Virus record (IMG/VR): IMGVR_UViG_3300026382_000009
Span: 1-64,000 of that record
Length of the DNA stretch: 64,000 bases
Strand: one strand, 5' to 3'
From: a virus
The position numbers and the translations under genes were made by a program. Below the pieces are notes generated by a model. The model searched no databases. It had not been told where the DNA came from and worked only from the letters and a program-made list of their open reading frames with translations. Shown here one piece after another: positions 1 through 9,117 of this stretch; the first letter of the stretch is position 1; each line of letters begins with the position of its first letter.

Positions 1-16
1 ATTTTAACTCCTTTAA

Positions 17-126
17 ATTTACTTATCAGAACCTCTCTGGAGGTCCCTGGACAATTTTTATAATGTATAAATATTTTTTACAATCAACTTTTTAAACTTT
101 AACCAGAGAGGCTCCAATAAATAAAT
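17..126 (-). repeat. Long imperfect inverted repeat (leader stem-loop A)
   Basis: Arms 17-40 ATTTACTTATCAGAACCTCTCTGG and 103-126 CCAGAGAGGCTCCAATAAATAAAT; all 4 mismatches are G-U pairs on the minus-strand RNA; lies between promoter 141-169 and RBS AAGGAG at 8-13. Confidence 0.85.
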
Positions 127-140
127 AATCTAACAATAAA

Positions 141-169
141 ATTATAACATGTTTTTCTCAAAATGTAAA
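141..169 (-). promoter_or_regulatory. Sigma70-type early promoter
   Basis: TTTACA-17 nt-TATAAT with extended -10 TG on the minus strand; same pattern recurs at least 6 times. Confidence 0.8.
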
Positions 170-176
170 TATTAAA

Positions 177-344
177 TTACAATAAACCTAATTTTCTGAA
201 ATGAATTTTTTTAAATTGTTTATTTACCTTTTTTCCTAAAAGTGCTTTAACAATCATTCTTTGTTTAAATTTTTCATTCTTAAATTTGCGAAAAATTTTA
301 ATTTCTTCTGTAGGTGTAACTTTTAAAAATTGAATAGTCCTCAT
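177..344 (-). CDS. Small basic hypothetical protein (55 aa, not in ORF track)
   Basis: AAGGA RBS then ATG; MRTIQFLKVTPTEEIKIFRKF...LGLL stop; fills the gap after uvsX. Confidence 0.6.
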   Translation of the reverse strand: MRTIQFLKVTPTEEIKIFRKFKNEKFKQRMIVKALLGKKVNKQFKKIHFRKLGLL

Positions 345-355
345 TTTTCAATTCC

Positions 356-1420
356 TTATTCTTCTAATAAATCTATATTACTTTTTTCTTTATCTTTGTT
401 TATGAGACTATATTTCATTTTAATATAATCTTTAAAATCCGTATTTTTAAAAATCGGTAACCAAAATTCTTTAGAATTTTCCCAAATTTCTTTTTCTCTC
501 CATTTTTTATCATTTTCTACACATGGACGTGTATACCATCCATTTGAAACTTTTTCAACATATCCACCTTCTAAAGCATCTTCTAAAATACCATAATACG
601 GATGAATTCCACCATCAAATCTAATGAGATACTTAAGTTTTGTACCAGGTTTTACATACCTTCCCTTTTCTGCAATAGCTGTAACAACTTTACCAATTAC
701 ATTGTTTCCATCTTTATCTTTTGCTTGTGATGTAGTTTTTACAATAGCACTTGAAACATATTGTATTTTACTTCCTCCTGAAATTTCGCCACCTGGAGTA
801 GGTATAAATGAACCTATACTGCTATAAACATGTGCACTCACATAAATTGTCATAGGATGTAACGTTAAAAGTAAATTAGCCAATCCATTTTTAGCTCTTG
901 TAGTTTGTAAATCAGCAACATCTTTTCCTGTCATTGCATCATCAATTTGTTTAGCATTAACTAAACCACCCCAACTATCAATTATTAATAGAGTATTCTC
1001 TTTTTCATCAAAATCTAATTCTTCTTTAAGATTTGCCACAATTTGTTTTACTTGTGTTATATCATTTTCTGGAATAATTATTAATTTATGTTCTTCTATA
1101 TCTTTTTGTAAATCAAAATTTTCAATCATAATTTCATTTATAGCAAATTCTGTATCAATATAAATTACATTCATACCTTTTTTCAACGCTTGTTTTACAA
1201 GATATATTGATTGAAGTGATTTACCTGACTGAGTTTCACCAGCAATCATAGAAATTTTATGCTTAGGAATACCACCATCAATTCTACCAGAATAAAGAAT
1301 ATTCAAAGTTGCTATTCCCGTTGAAATAAAATCCTCTCTTAAAGACAATGATTTTTCTGAAATATCTGTAATATAATTTTTCAAATTTTTGTTTTTAGCT
1401 AATTTTTCATATATTGACAT
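356..1420 (-). CDS. uvsX: RecA/UvsX-like recombinase
   Basis: FISTG, Walker A AGETQSGKS, YIDTE, Walker B IIDSWGGL, ISGGSKIQY, GGI..YYG motifs. Confidence 0.92.
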   Translation of the reverse strand: MSIYEKLAKNKNLKNYITDISEKSLSLREDFISTGIATLNILYSGRIDGGIPKHKISMIAGETQSGKSLQSIYLVKQALKKGMNVIYIDTEFAINEIMIENFDLQKDIEEHKLIIIPENDITQVKQIVANLKEELDFDEKENTLLIIDSWGGLVNAKQIDDAMTGKDVADLQTTRAKNGLANLLLTLHPMTIYVSAHVYSSIGSFIPTPGGEISGGSKIQYVSSAIVKTTSQAKDKDGNNVIGKVVTAIAEKGRYVKPGTKLKYLIRFDGGIHPYYGILEDALEGGYVEKVSNGWYTRPCVENDKKWREKEIWENSKEFWLPIFKNTDFKDYIKMKYSLINKDKEKSNIDLLEE

Positions 1421-1464
1421 TTTAAACCCTTTATTTTGTTTTTATTATATTTTTCAATGTTTTA

Positions 1465-1803
1465 TTAATACATCCAAGCATTATAACCCACAACAGTATC
1501 TGTATCACATTTATTTTTATATTTCATGTACGCGTCATCGTATCCTTTACTATATCCTTCATCATACCCATCAGTGTATCCTTCATCATACCCATTATTA
1601 TAACCTTCATTATATCCATCATCATATCCACTATCATATATTTCTTTTTCTTTGTCTTCAAAAAACCTACCAAACAATTCATCTAAAATATCATAAAATT
1701 GTTCATAATTTTCATTCAGTTCTTCTATTATCAACTTTATTTCTTCAAGATTTAATTTCATACCATTTCTAAACTCATATGTTTCATTCCCTAAATAAAT
1801 CAT
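1465..1803 (-). CDS. Hypothetical protein with GY-x-x tetrapeptide repeats
   Basis: SGYDDGYNEGYNNGYDEGYTDGYDEGYSKGYDDAY; start moved to ATG 1803 behind GGAGG. Confidence 0.7.
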   Translation of the reverse strand: MIYLGNETYEFRNGMKLNLEEIKLIIEELNENYEQFYDILDELFGRFFEDKEKEIYDSGYDDGYNEGYNNGYDEGYTDGYDEGYSKGYDDAYMKYKNKCDTDTVVGYNAWMY

Positions 1804-2083
1804 CACTTTCCTCCAATAAATTATATTTTTCTTCTTCAATTAATTCTAATACTTCATCAAAAACATCTTCATTATAAATTTTTTTAAAAATTATTTTCAA
1901 ATCTTTTATAAATTCTTCAATTTCAATCAAAGAAAAAAATACACAAATATATTTATCATTAACAATTATAGTTTTCATATCTAAATCACAAGATATAAAC
2001 AAATCATCTAAATTAACAATACACGATTTTAATTGATTGTATCCTTCAAATACAATACAATATTTTGTCAAATCAATATACAT
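1784..2083 (-). CDS. Hypothetical protein
   Basis: ORF packed tightly between neighbours; no recognised motif. Confidence 0.6.
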   Translation of the reverse strand: MYIDLTKYCIVFEGYNQLKSCIVNLDDLFISCDLDMKTIIVNDKYICVFFSLIEIEEFIKDLKIIFKKIYNEDVFDEVLELIEEEKYNLLEESDDLFRE

Positions 2084-2084
2084 A

Positions 2085-3050
2085 TTACACCTTTAACGAC
2101 ACATTCTCTGACATAAGTCTAGTTAAAAAAGCCATTATAGGTATATGTTTGTTTTTGGCTTTTGTGTGCTGTTCATAGTAATCAGCTAATAGAATTATAG
2201 TTTTTGCTAAATCTTTTTCATCAATAATTTTTTCAAGGTTTTTCCACATAAAACTATAAAATCCTTCAGGATTTATAATATTATCAACTAATTCTTTTAC
2301 AGCATAAAAATCATGTTTTTTTACTTCTTTAAAAATTTTAATAAAATAATCATTTTCTATCATTTGTGCTTGTGACAATTTCAATTCACCATTAAAAACA
2401 TTTTTTTGGACAAAAATTATCATTTCTCTTATTGATGGAAAAAATGTTTTAACTATTTCTGCTACATCTTTTTTATCAAATTTTATTGATTCATTTTCCA
2501 AAATAAATACAAGTCTTTCATAAATTTGTTTTGCTAATTCTTTTTTGTGATTTTGATATATTTCATCAAAATTATAAACTTCTAAACGTTGTAAAAGTGG
2601 TGGTATAATTTTTTCTGGATAATTTTCTGTAAAAATAAATCTAGAAGTTTCATAGAATGCTTCTATATCTCCCCTTAAAAGTGCTTGAGCATTCTGTGTA
2701 ATATATCCACATTCATCAATTACAATAAGTCTAAATTTACTATGTGATGAAATTTTACTTGCAAAATTAGATACTTTAAATCTAAATGTATCTACATTAT
2801 TTTCTTTTGAACCATTTAACCAAAGTGTTTCAGTATCTAAATCATTTTTTATAGCTGTTACAAGAGACGTTTTTCCAATACCTGGACCTCCAAATAGCCC
2901 AATATTTGGTAATGTTTCTTTTTCTACATATTCTTTAAATTTATTTTTTATTTTTTCAGGTAAAATAACATCATCGATTGTTTGAGGTCTATATTTTTCA
3001 ACCCAAATACTTGAATTACCTATCTTTTTCATTAAACTCTCCCACTTCAA
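2085..3050 (-). CDS. Sliding clamp loader AAA+ subunit (T4 gp44/RFC-small-like)
   Basis: WVEKYRPQT, GGPGIGKTS, IVIDEC, AQALLR, IIPPLLQR; real start probably ATG 3032. Confidence 0.92.
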   Translation of the reverse strand: MKWESLMKKIGNSSIWVEKYRPQTIDDVILPEKIKNKFKEYVEKETLPNIGLFGGPGIGKTSLVTAIKNDLDTETLWLNGSKENNVDTFRFKVSNFASKISSHSKFRLIVIDECGYITQNAQALLRGDIEAFYETSRFIFTENYPEKIIPPLLQRLEVYNFDEIYQNHKKELAKQIYERLVFILENESIKFDKKDVAEIVKTFFPSIREMIIFVQKNVFNGELKLSQAQMIENDYFIKIFKEVKKHDFYAVKELVDNIINPEGFYSFMWKNLEKIIDEKDLAKTIILLADYYEQHTKAKNKHIPIMAFLTRLMSENVSLKV

Positions 3051-3076
3051 TATTTTATATATTTATTTGAATTATA

Positions 3077-3448
3077 TTATTTGAATACTTTTCTTTTTTG
3101 TTCTTCTGTTAATTTACTTAAAATTTCTTTGTCTTCATATATAATTGTATCAAAAAATGCAAAGTCAATTAAATCTTTTGATGAATTTTGAATACTTAAA
3201 ATTATATTTGCAGCTTCAGAAATTTTTTCGGGTTTATCTTTTATATCATAAAAATTTATCAAAATTCCTAAATACTTTTCAAATAATTTTAAAGACTCAT
3301 CCTCATAAAAAATAATAAAAAATATTCTTGCCAATTTCTCTTTTTCCGTAAGTTCTCTAAAAGATTTTTTAGTTATTTCTTTGAGAATGTCAATAACAGT
3401 TTTTCCTGTATCTATATCAATGATTTTGTTATCTTGATATACAAACAT
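3077..3448 (-). CDS. Hypothetical protein, paralog of 3459-3851
   Basis: Starts MFVYQDNKIIDIDTGK after AAGGAGTTAAAATG; colinear with neighbour. Confidence 0.8.
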   Translation of the reverse strand: MFVYQDNKIIDIDTGKTVIDILKEITKKSFRELTEKEKLARIFFIIFYEDESLKLFEKYLGILINFYDIKDKPEKISEAANIILSIQNSSKDLIDFAFFDTIIYEDKEILSKLTEEQKRKVFK

Positions 3449-3458
3449 TTTAACTCCT

Positions 3459-3851
3459 TTATTCTTGATTTTCTTTGAATTCTTCAAATACACTTTTAAT
3501 CACATTTTTAAACATATTTCTAAAAATTACTTCATCTTCATATGTAATTATATCAAAAAATATAAAATCAATTAAATCTTCTGATGAATTTTGTATATTC
3601 AAAATAATATTCACACAGTCATCTATTTTTTCTGGTTTATCTTTTATACCAAAAAAATTTATCAAAACTTCTAAATATTTTCCAAACAACTCTAACGACT
3701 CATCTTCATAAAAAATAACAACAAATATTTTAGCCAATTTTTCGCTTTTTGTAAAATTTGAATATTTTTTACCACGTGTTTCTTCAACAATTTCTTCAAT
3801 AGCTTTTCCAGTATCTAAATCAATAATTTTATCATCTTGATATACAAACAT
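3459..3851 (-). CDS. Hypothetical protein, paralog of 3077-3448
   Basis: MFVYQDDKIIDLDTGK...IFYEDESL...IKDKPEKI shared with neighbour. Confidence 0.8.
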   Translation of the reverse strand: MFVYQDDKIIDLDTGKAIEEIVEETRGKKYSNFTKSEKLAKIFVVIFYEDESLELFGKYLEVLINFFGIKDKPEKIDDCVNIILNIQNSSEDLIDFIFFDIITYEDEVIFRNMFKNVIKSVFEEFKENQE

Positions 3852-3870
3852 TTTAACTCCTTGTAATATT

Positions 3871-4010
3871 TGGTGTGTTCTGAGGTGTTTTATATGACAA
3901 TAAATATATTTTTATATAAAATTGTAGAAAACATCTCAGAACACACCAGAGATGTAAATAGAGGTAAAATTAAATTCTCTTTACTAAAATGAATAAATTT
4001 TTACCTCTAT
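3871..4010. repeat. Two tandem long inverted repeats (leader stem-loops B1, B2)
   Basis: 3871-3891/3928-3948 (20 of 21 match) and 3958-3977/3991-4010. Confidence 0.85.
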
Positions 4011-4025
4011 AAAATTAACAATAAA

Positions 4026-4054
4026 ATTATAACACAATTTCATAAAAAAGTAAA
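4026..4054 (-). promoter_or_regulatory. Sigma70-type early promoter
   Basis: TTTACT-17 nt-TATAAT with extended TG. Confidence 0.8.
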
Positions 4055-4195
4055 ATTATTTGTTATTATTTCTTCTTTTATTTTTTCTATTTCTTTTGTT
4101 ATATCTTTGCTTTCATATAAATCTCTAGAAAATCTTCTTGCTTCTTTTAATTCTTCAAGTCTTTTTATTTTTCTTTTTATTTCCCAATTATTCAT
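4040..4195 (-). CDS. Small hypothetical protein (51 aa, not in ORF track)
   Basis: MNNWEIKRKIKRLEELKEARRFSRDLYE...; fills gap after gp59-like gene. Confidence 0.55.
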   Translation of the reverse strand: MNNWEIKRKIKRLEELKEARRFSRDLYESKDITKEIEKIKEEIITNNFTFL

Positions 4196-4205
4196 TTTTA
4201 ATCTT

Positions 4206-4757
4206 TTACAAAATTTCACTGATTAATTTTTTTATCTTTTCAACAGATTCTTTTTTAAATGTTATAAAAAGCATTATAAATTTCAATTTTTTGTAGATAA
4301 CTTTATAAACTCTTGAATTCTTCAAACTTTCAAATTGATTTGTAAATTTCAAATAAAAATACAATGTATAAAACATTATTTCTTTCTTAATATACATATT
4401 TATAATATCTTCTTTTGTTACATATCCCTTTTCTTTTATTAATTTTACATCTCTTTTAATGTAATGTTCATAATTCATTATTTTTCGTTTGAAATCTATT
4501 ACTTCATCAAAATCTAAATTTCTTAATTCATCTACCATTTTATGGAATGATGATGGTGATTTTTCAAATAATACATACAAACAACATACAACAAAAGTTT
4601 CTTTAGTTTTTCTTTTATATTTTTCTACAGGAAAAAACTTTTCAAACTTTTCTATAGTTGTTTTTTTATGATTTGTATGTAAAAGTCTTTTATCCAAAGA
4701 ATTTTGATAAGTTAAAAACATTCCATGAGAAATTTGATACATGTCATAATATTTCAT
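4206..4757 (-). CDS. Helicase loader gp59-like protein
   Basis: C-terminal pattern IINMYIKKEIMFYTLYFYLKF...SRVYKVIYKKLKFI resembles T4 gp59; adjacent to gp33-like gene as in T4. Confidence 0.6.
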   Translation of the reverse strand: MKYYDMYQISHGMFLTYQNSLDKRLLHTNHKKTTIEKFEKFFPVEKYKRKTKETFVVCCLYVLFEKSPSSFHKMVDELRNLDFDEVIDFKRKIMNYEHYIKRDVKLIKEKGYVTKEDIINMYIKKEIMFYTLYFYLKFTNQFESLKNSRVYKVIYKKLKFIMLFITFKKESVEKIKKLISEIL

Positions 4758-4787
4758 TTTTCCTTCTTTATAATTTATTTTTATAAA

Positions 4788-4816
4788 ATTATATCAAAAA
4801 TTTTGTGAAAAATAAA
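4788..4816 (-). promoter_or_regulatory. Sigma70-type promoter
   Basis: TTTATT-17 nt-TATAAT with TG. Confidence 0.6.
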
Positions 4817-4820
4817 ACTT

Positions 4821-5060
4821 TTACCAAATTTCAGTTTCTTTTTTAGGTCTATGCATTCGTCCATTTTCAAGAAAATAAATTTCTCCATTTTTTACGAGAT
4901 CATTATAAAATATTTCTTTAAACGTTTTATCGTTTTTTATTTCTTCTGCTATTTCTAAAATATCTAAATTATGTTTATCAGCATATTCCGTGATGACATC
5001 AAGCATTGAATGATCATACAAATTATTTTTTTCTATAAAATTTAAAATTTCTTGTATCAT
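4821..5060 (-). CDS. Late-transcription coactivator gp33-like
   Basis: SMLDVITEYADKHNLDILEIAEEI resembles the gp33 helical core; size and synteny with gp59. Confidence 0.6.
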   Translation of the reverse strand: MIQEILNFIEKNNLYDHSMLDVITEYADKHNLDILEIAEEIKNDKTFKEIFYNDLVKNGEIYFLENGRMHRPKKETEIW

Positions 5061-5061
5061 T

Positions 5062-6765
5062 TTACTCCTTTATTAATTTACTAAATCCAAATTCTTGTTC
5101 TATTTTAAAAACTCTATTAGGATTTATTTTATTTATAATATTTGGATTATGAGTTATAATTATTATATCTTTTTTATTTGCAAATTCAGTTGATAAAATG
5201 TCAATAATTATTTCAATACCATCTTCATCGATAGAACTATCTAAAAATTCATCAAGGACAAGAATATTTATTTTATATCCATTATATTCCATAATTTTGA
5301 GAAATGCGAATAACAAGCTCAAAACGATTCTTTGTTTTTGTCCATTACTCAAAGCATTAAATTCTTGTTCTTCATTTCTTTTTATAATTTTTTCTTTGAG
5401 ATTACTTTCAATTATAAAATTGTATTCAACATTAAACTTTTCTAAATATTCATTTATATACTTATTCAAAATAGGTAATTGTTGAGAAAGAATTTGTTCT
5501 TTCAATTTTCCATCAACAATTAAAGAAATAATTTTCTCATAATTTTCTTTTTCTTTTTCTTTATTTTTTAATTCTTCTTTTAATCTTTCAAGTTCTTTTT
5601 CTTTTTCTTTCAAATAATTATAATCAATTTCAGTTAATTGTGTTTCTTCATAAATTTTCTTTTTGTGTTCTAATTGATTAATAGTTATTTCAATATTAGA
5701 CAGTGTATTCATTAATTTATTTATTTTTTCTTGTTTTTCTAAAATTACCTTTTCTTCTTCTAAAATTTCTTCATATTTTTTAAAATATTCTTGATATTTT
5801 TTATCCAACAAAGAAAGTTTACTGTTTATATCTTCTAAATCTATAAACTCACTTTTAAATTTATAATTACACTTAGGACATGTAATTTCTTCAGATTTTT
5901 CATATAAATCAATTTTTGTTTGTAATATCGCTTTAGCATTCATAATTTTATTGAGTTTTTCTTGCAAATTGTTTTTCTTGATTAAAATTTCATTCATTTT
6001 ATCTTTTAATTCAATTATTAAATCTTTTTTACTTTCTATTTTGTTTTTCTTTTCTAATAATGTTTTTATTTCTTCATTTATTTCTTTTAACTTTTGATTT
6101 TTATTTTTAACAATTTCTTCATTTTGTCTTTCAATTTTTTCATATTCTTTTTTTAAATTTTCTATACTTTCATTTAAAGAATTTATTTTATAAGTCAAAT
6201 TTGTTATTTCTGTTTGAAGTAAATTACGTTTTTCTTTAGCTAGCTGAATAATTATATTGAAAATATATGTGTTTGTTAAATTTTGAAATACTTCTTCTTT
6301 TTCTTTAGGACTTAAATCCATAAAATTTTTTACATTAGAAATGTTTGCACCTAATACTACAATTTGCTTAAAAAGAATTTCATTAAAACCCAAAATTTCT
6401 TCAAGTTTTTCTTGATAATTTTTTGAATGACCATCTTGTGGAATTAATTTCCATTCATCTTTTTCTTTGTAATAAATTTCAAAAATAGAAGGTTTTAAAC
6501 CTCTTCGTATTTTATATAGTTTATCGATTTTAAATTCTACTTCTACAAGAAGCTCTTTTTTATTTTTATCATTAACAAGAGAACCTAATTTTACTTTTCT
6601 AAAAGGTTTACCAAAAAAGGCAAACATTAATGTATCAAGAAATGCTGAAGATTTTCCTCTTCCATTTTTAGCTACTACAATATCAAGTCCATTTTCAAAT
6701 GTGATTTCTGTAAAATTATTTCCATACGATAAAAAATTTTTAAATCTAATTTTTTTAACTATCAT
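5062..6765 (-). CDS. Recombination endonuclease ATPase subunit (gp46/Rad50/SbcC)
   Basis: FKNFLSYGN, KNGRGKSS, coiled coil with CPKC hook, LSNGQ, LDEFLDSSID, ITHN. Confidence 0.93.
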   Translation of the reverse strand: MIVKKIRFKNFLSYGNNFTEITFENGLDIVVAKNGRGKSSAFLDTLMFAFFGKPFRKVKLGSLVNDKNKKELLVEVEFKIDKLYKIRRGLKPSIFEIYYKEKDEWKLIPQDGHSKNYQEKLEEILGFNEILFKQIVVLGANISNVKNFMDLSPKEKEEVFQNLTNTYIFNIIIQLAKEKRNLLQTEITNLTYKINSLNESIENLKKEYEKIERQNEEIVKNKNQKLKEINEEIKTLLEKKNKIESKKDLIIELKDKMNEILIKKNNLQEKLNKIMNAKAILQTKIDLYEKSEEITCPKCNYKFKSEFIDLEDINSKLSLLDKKYQEYFKKYEEILEEEKVILEKQEKINKLMNTLSNIEITINQLEHKKKIYEETQLTEIDYNYLKEKEKELERLKEELKNKEKEKENYEKIISLIVDGKLKEQILSQQLPILNKYINEYLEKFNVEYNFIIESNLKEKIIKRNEEQEFNALSNGQKQRIVLSLLFAFLKIMEYNGYKINILVLDEFLDSSIDEDGIEIIIDILSTEFANKKDIIIITHNPNIINKINPNRVFKIEQEFGFSKLIKE

Positions 6766-6766
6766 T

Positions 6767-7780
6767 TTATGCCTTCATATGATGTTGTGCTTCATCTATT
6801 AATTCCTTTAAAATTTTTTGAAGTTCTTTATCTTTTACACTATCTAAAAGCATTTTTTTAGGTGATTTAACATTTTCTTCTGAAATTTCTGTTTGTATTT
6901 TAAATGTTTTATCTATAAATGTAAAATTAATATTATTCTCTTTTAAAATACTGATATATTCCCAATTTTCTTGTTTATCTTCTAATAAATAAACTTTTAT
7001 TTCATTTCCTTTTAAATTTTCAATAGAAATATCTTTTTCTGATCCAAAAATTGTATTTCCTAAATAAATCTTTATAAATCTTTTTGAATATTTATTTTTT
7101 ATAAATTCTAATTTACTGTTTGACAAATCTAATATATAAAATCCTTTTTCATCACCTGCATCATTCCAATCAAGTTGATATGGTGTTCCTATATAATGAA
7201 CTATATCTTTTTCTTGTTTTATATGAAAATGTCCAGAAAAAATTTTTTTTCCTTTAAAGGGAATTTTTTTATAATCAAAACCGTATTGACTTTTTACACC
7301 TTTTATTATTTCAAAATTAGAAAACTCAAAATGACCAAACAAATAATCACAATTTAGTAATTCTTCTTTTATTTCTTCTTTTCCAATAAGCCAAGGTATT
7401 ATACCTATTTTTTTATTTTCAAGTTCTAATACTGTTTGTTCTTCTATATATTGAAAATTTAATATTTGTTTCAAAATTTTAAGAGAAGAATATTCTCTTG
7501 TATTCTTATAATAAATATCATGATTACCTGTTAAAACAATAAAATTTCCATTCCAATCATTCAAAAGTTCTCCAAAATCTTGTATAAAATCTTGAAAAAA
7601 TTTTATATCAATTATTTTTCTGTTGTCAAAAAGATCACCTAATTGAATAACAGTTTTTATATTATGTTCTTTTAAATAAGGAAAAAATTGTTTTTTAAAA
7701 AAAATCATTTGATTTTCATAAAATTTTTCAGAAAATCCTTTTTTACCAAAATGTGTATCACCAAGTAAAGCTATTTTCAT
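6767..7780 (-). CDS. Recombination endonuclease nuclease subunit (gp47/Mre11/SbcD)
   Basis: GDTHFG, LGDLFDNR, GNHD, GHFE, SGHFH, YIGTPY metallophosphoesterase motifs. Confidence 0.93.
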   Translation of the reverse strand: MKIALLGDTHFGKKGFSEKFYENQMIFFKKQFFPYLKEHNIKTVIQLGDLFDNRKIIDIKFFQDFIQDFGELLNDWNGNFIVLTGNHDIYYKNTREYSSLKILKQILNFQYIEEQTVLELENKKIGIIPWLIGKEEIKEELLNCDYLFGHFEFSNFEIIKGVKSQYGFDYKKIPFKGKKIFSGHFHIKQEKDIVHYIGTPYQLDWNDAGDEKGFYILDLSNSKLEFIKNKYSKRFIKIYLGNTIFGSEKDISIENLKGNEIKVYLLEDKQENWEYISILKENNINFTFIDKTFKIQTEISEENVKSPKKMLLDSVKDKELQKILKELIDEAQHHMKA

Positions 7781-7788
7781 TTTTATCC

Positions 7789-8025
7789 CTAAAAATGAAT
7801 TTTATAATCAGTAATATGTTTTATTAAATTTCTTATAGCACTATCTGAAAATTCACCAACATTTCTTATAAATTCATATCCCTTTCTTTTATGTCTTTTT
7901 TTAAGATAGTATTTTCCATTTTCATACGAACAAATATATTTTTCTGTTTTATTGATTTTTTCTATAATTTCTTGTGGAGTCAAATTTTCTATTTCTTTCA
8001 AAACATGAACATACACTTTATTCAC
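7789..8025 (-). CDS. Hypothetical protein
   Basis: GTG start at 8025 behind AAGGA; the track start overlaps a promoter -10 box. Confidence 0.6.
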   Translation of the reverse strand: MNKVYVHVLKEIENLTPQEIIEKINKTEKYICSYENGKYYLKKRHKRKGYEFIRNVGEFSDSAIRNLIKHITDYKIHF

Positions 8026-8046
8026 AGCAATTCCTTTTTTTATATA

Positions 8047-8075
8047 ATTATACAAAAAAATTGCATAAAAGTAAA
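8047..8075 (-). promoter_or_regulatory. Sigma70-type early promoter
   Basis: TTTACT-17 nt-TATAAT. Confidence 0.75.
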
Positions 8076-8217
8076 ATATCTTGAAAAATTTTCACAGTAT
8101 AGTTTTCAAAAACAACTAACAATTTAAAGAAAATGTTTTTAAGAATGAATAATGAAATCAAAATGAAGTTAAATATTGAAGATACATAGAAGATTTTTTG
8201 AAGATTTTTGAAGAATT

Positions 8218-8247
8218 AAAAAAGGGAAAAATTATTAAATTCCCTTT
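8218..8247 (-). terminator. Intrinsic terminator
   Basis: AAAGGGAA...TTCCCTTT stem followed by a T run, right after the stop of 8246-8761. Confidence 0.6.
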
Positions 8248-8761
8248 AAACTTTTCTAACAGACTCTTGCCCATTTCTTAAAACAATATTAAACGTCAAT
8301 GTATCTTCCAAATCCTTTGAATCAACATTTACAGTAACTTGTAATGCAATATCATCTTTTCCACCAATAGTTGTTACAGATGTAACATCAATATCATATT
8401 TTTCCAACGTTTTAATTTTATTTTTAATTTCAGAGTCAATATTAGTAATAAAAATTGGATATTTTGTATAATATCCAAATAATTGTTTAACAACTATTGC
8501 TTCTTTACTAGGAATTATTGCTATTTGGAATTGTTCAGAATAATCTGATTGAACATCTTTTGCTTCTGAAAATTTATTTTTAATTTTAGCATTTTTCAAA
8601 TCTGATATTGATTTTTTAATTTCTTTCTTTGTTTGTTCATCATATAAAAATACATAATCATTAAAAATTGATGTAACTAGATATTCTTTCCCATTTAATT
8701 CTACTACATCACCCACATCTAATTCTTTACCTTTTATTTTTTCAATAAGTTTTTTTAACAT
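8246..8761 (-). CDS. Hypothetical protein with N-terminal SH3/KOW-like domain
   Basis: LDVGDVVELNGKEYLV...; similar to the N-terminus of 9118-9564. Confidence 0.6.
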   Translation of the reverse strand: MLKKLIEKIKGKELDVGDVVELNGKEYLVTSIFNDYVFLYDEQTKKEIKKSISDLKNAKIKNKFSEAKDVQSDYSEQFQIAIIPSKEAIVVKQLFGYYTKYPIFITNIDSEIKNKIKTLEKYDIDVTSVTTIGGKDDIALQVTVNVDSKDLEDTLTFNIVLRNGQESVRKV

Positions 8762-8827
8762 TTTTCCCCTTTATTTAGTTTAAGTATTAATTTTAAAATA
8801 TTAATTCAAAAATATTAATTACAAAAA

Positions 8828-9094
8828 TTATTTACAAATTTTTTGCAAAGCATTGATAATTTCTTTTCGTTTTTTCTCACCCCAATCTTTACATTTTTCA
8901 CCACACCTATTAAAGAAAAAATTCACTGATGCAACAGCGCTTTTATAATCCCCTTTATGTCCTTGACAAATTATTTTAGCACTTTTAGCAGGATCTGCAT
9001 CTTTTGAAAACGTTCCTTCAGGTGGATGCCATTTAGGTTTAACTTTATTTAACCATTGTTCTTCATGTAATTTTTGTAATATTTCTCTAATCAT
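8828..9094 (-). CDS. DUF3175-like small protein
   Basis: KWHPPEGTF...SAVASVNFFFNRCG resembles the SAMSMLNFYINRAG signature recalled for DUF3175. Confidence 0.55.
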   Translation of the reverse strand: MIREILQKLHEEQWLNKVKPKWHPPEGTFSKDADPAKSAKIICQGHKGDYKSAVASVNFFFNRCGEKCKDWGEKKRKEIINALQKICK

Positions 9095-9117
9095 ATTAAT
9101 CCTTTAATTTATCTAAA

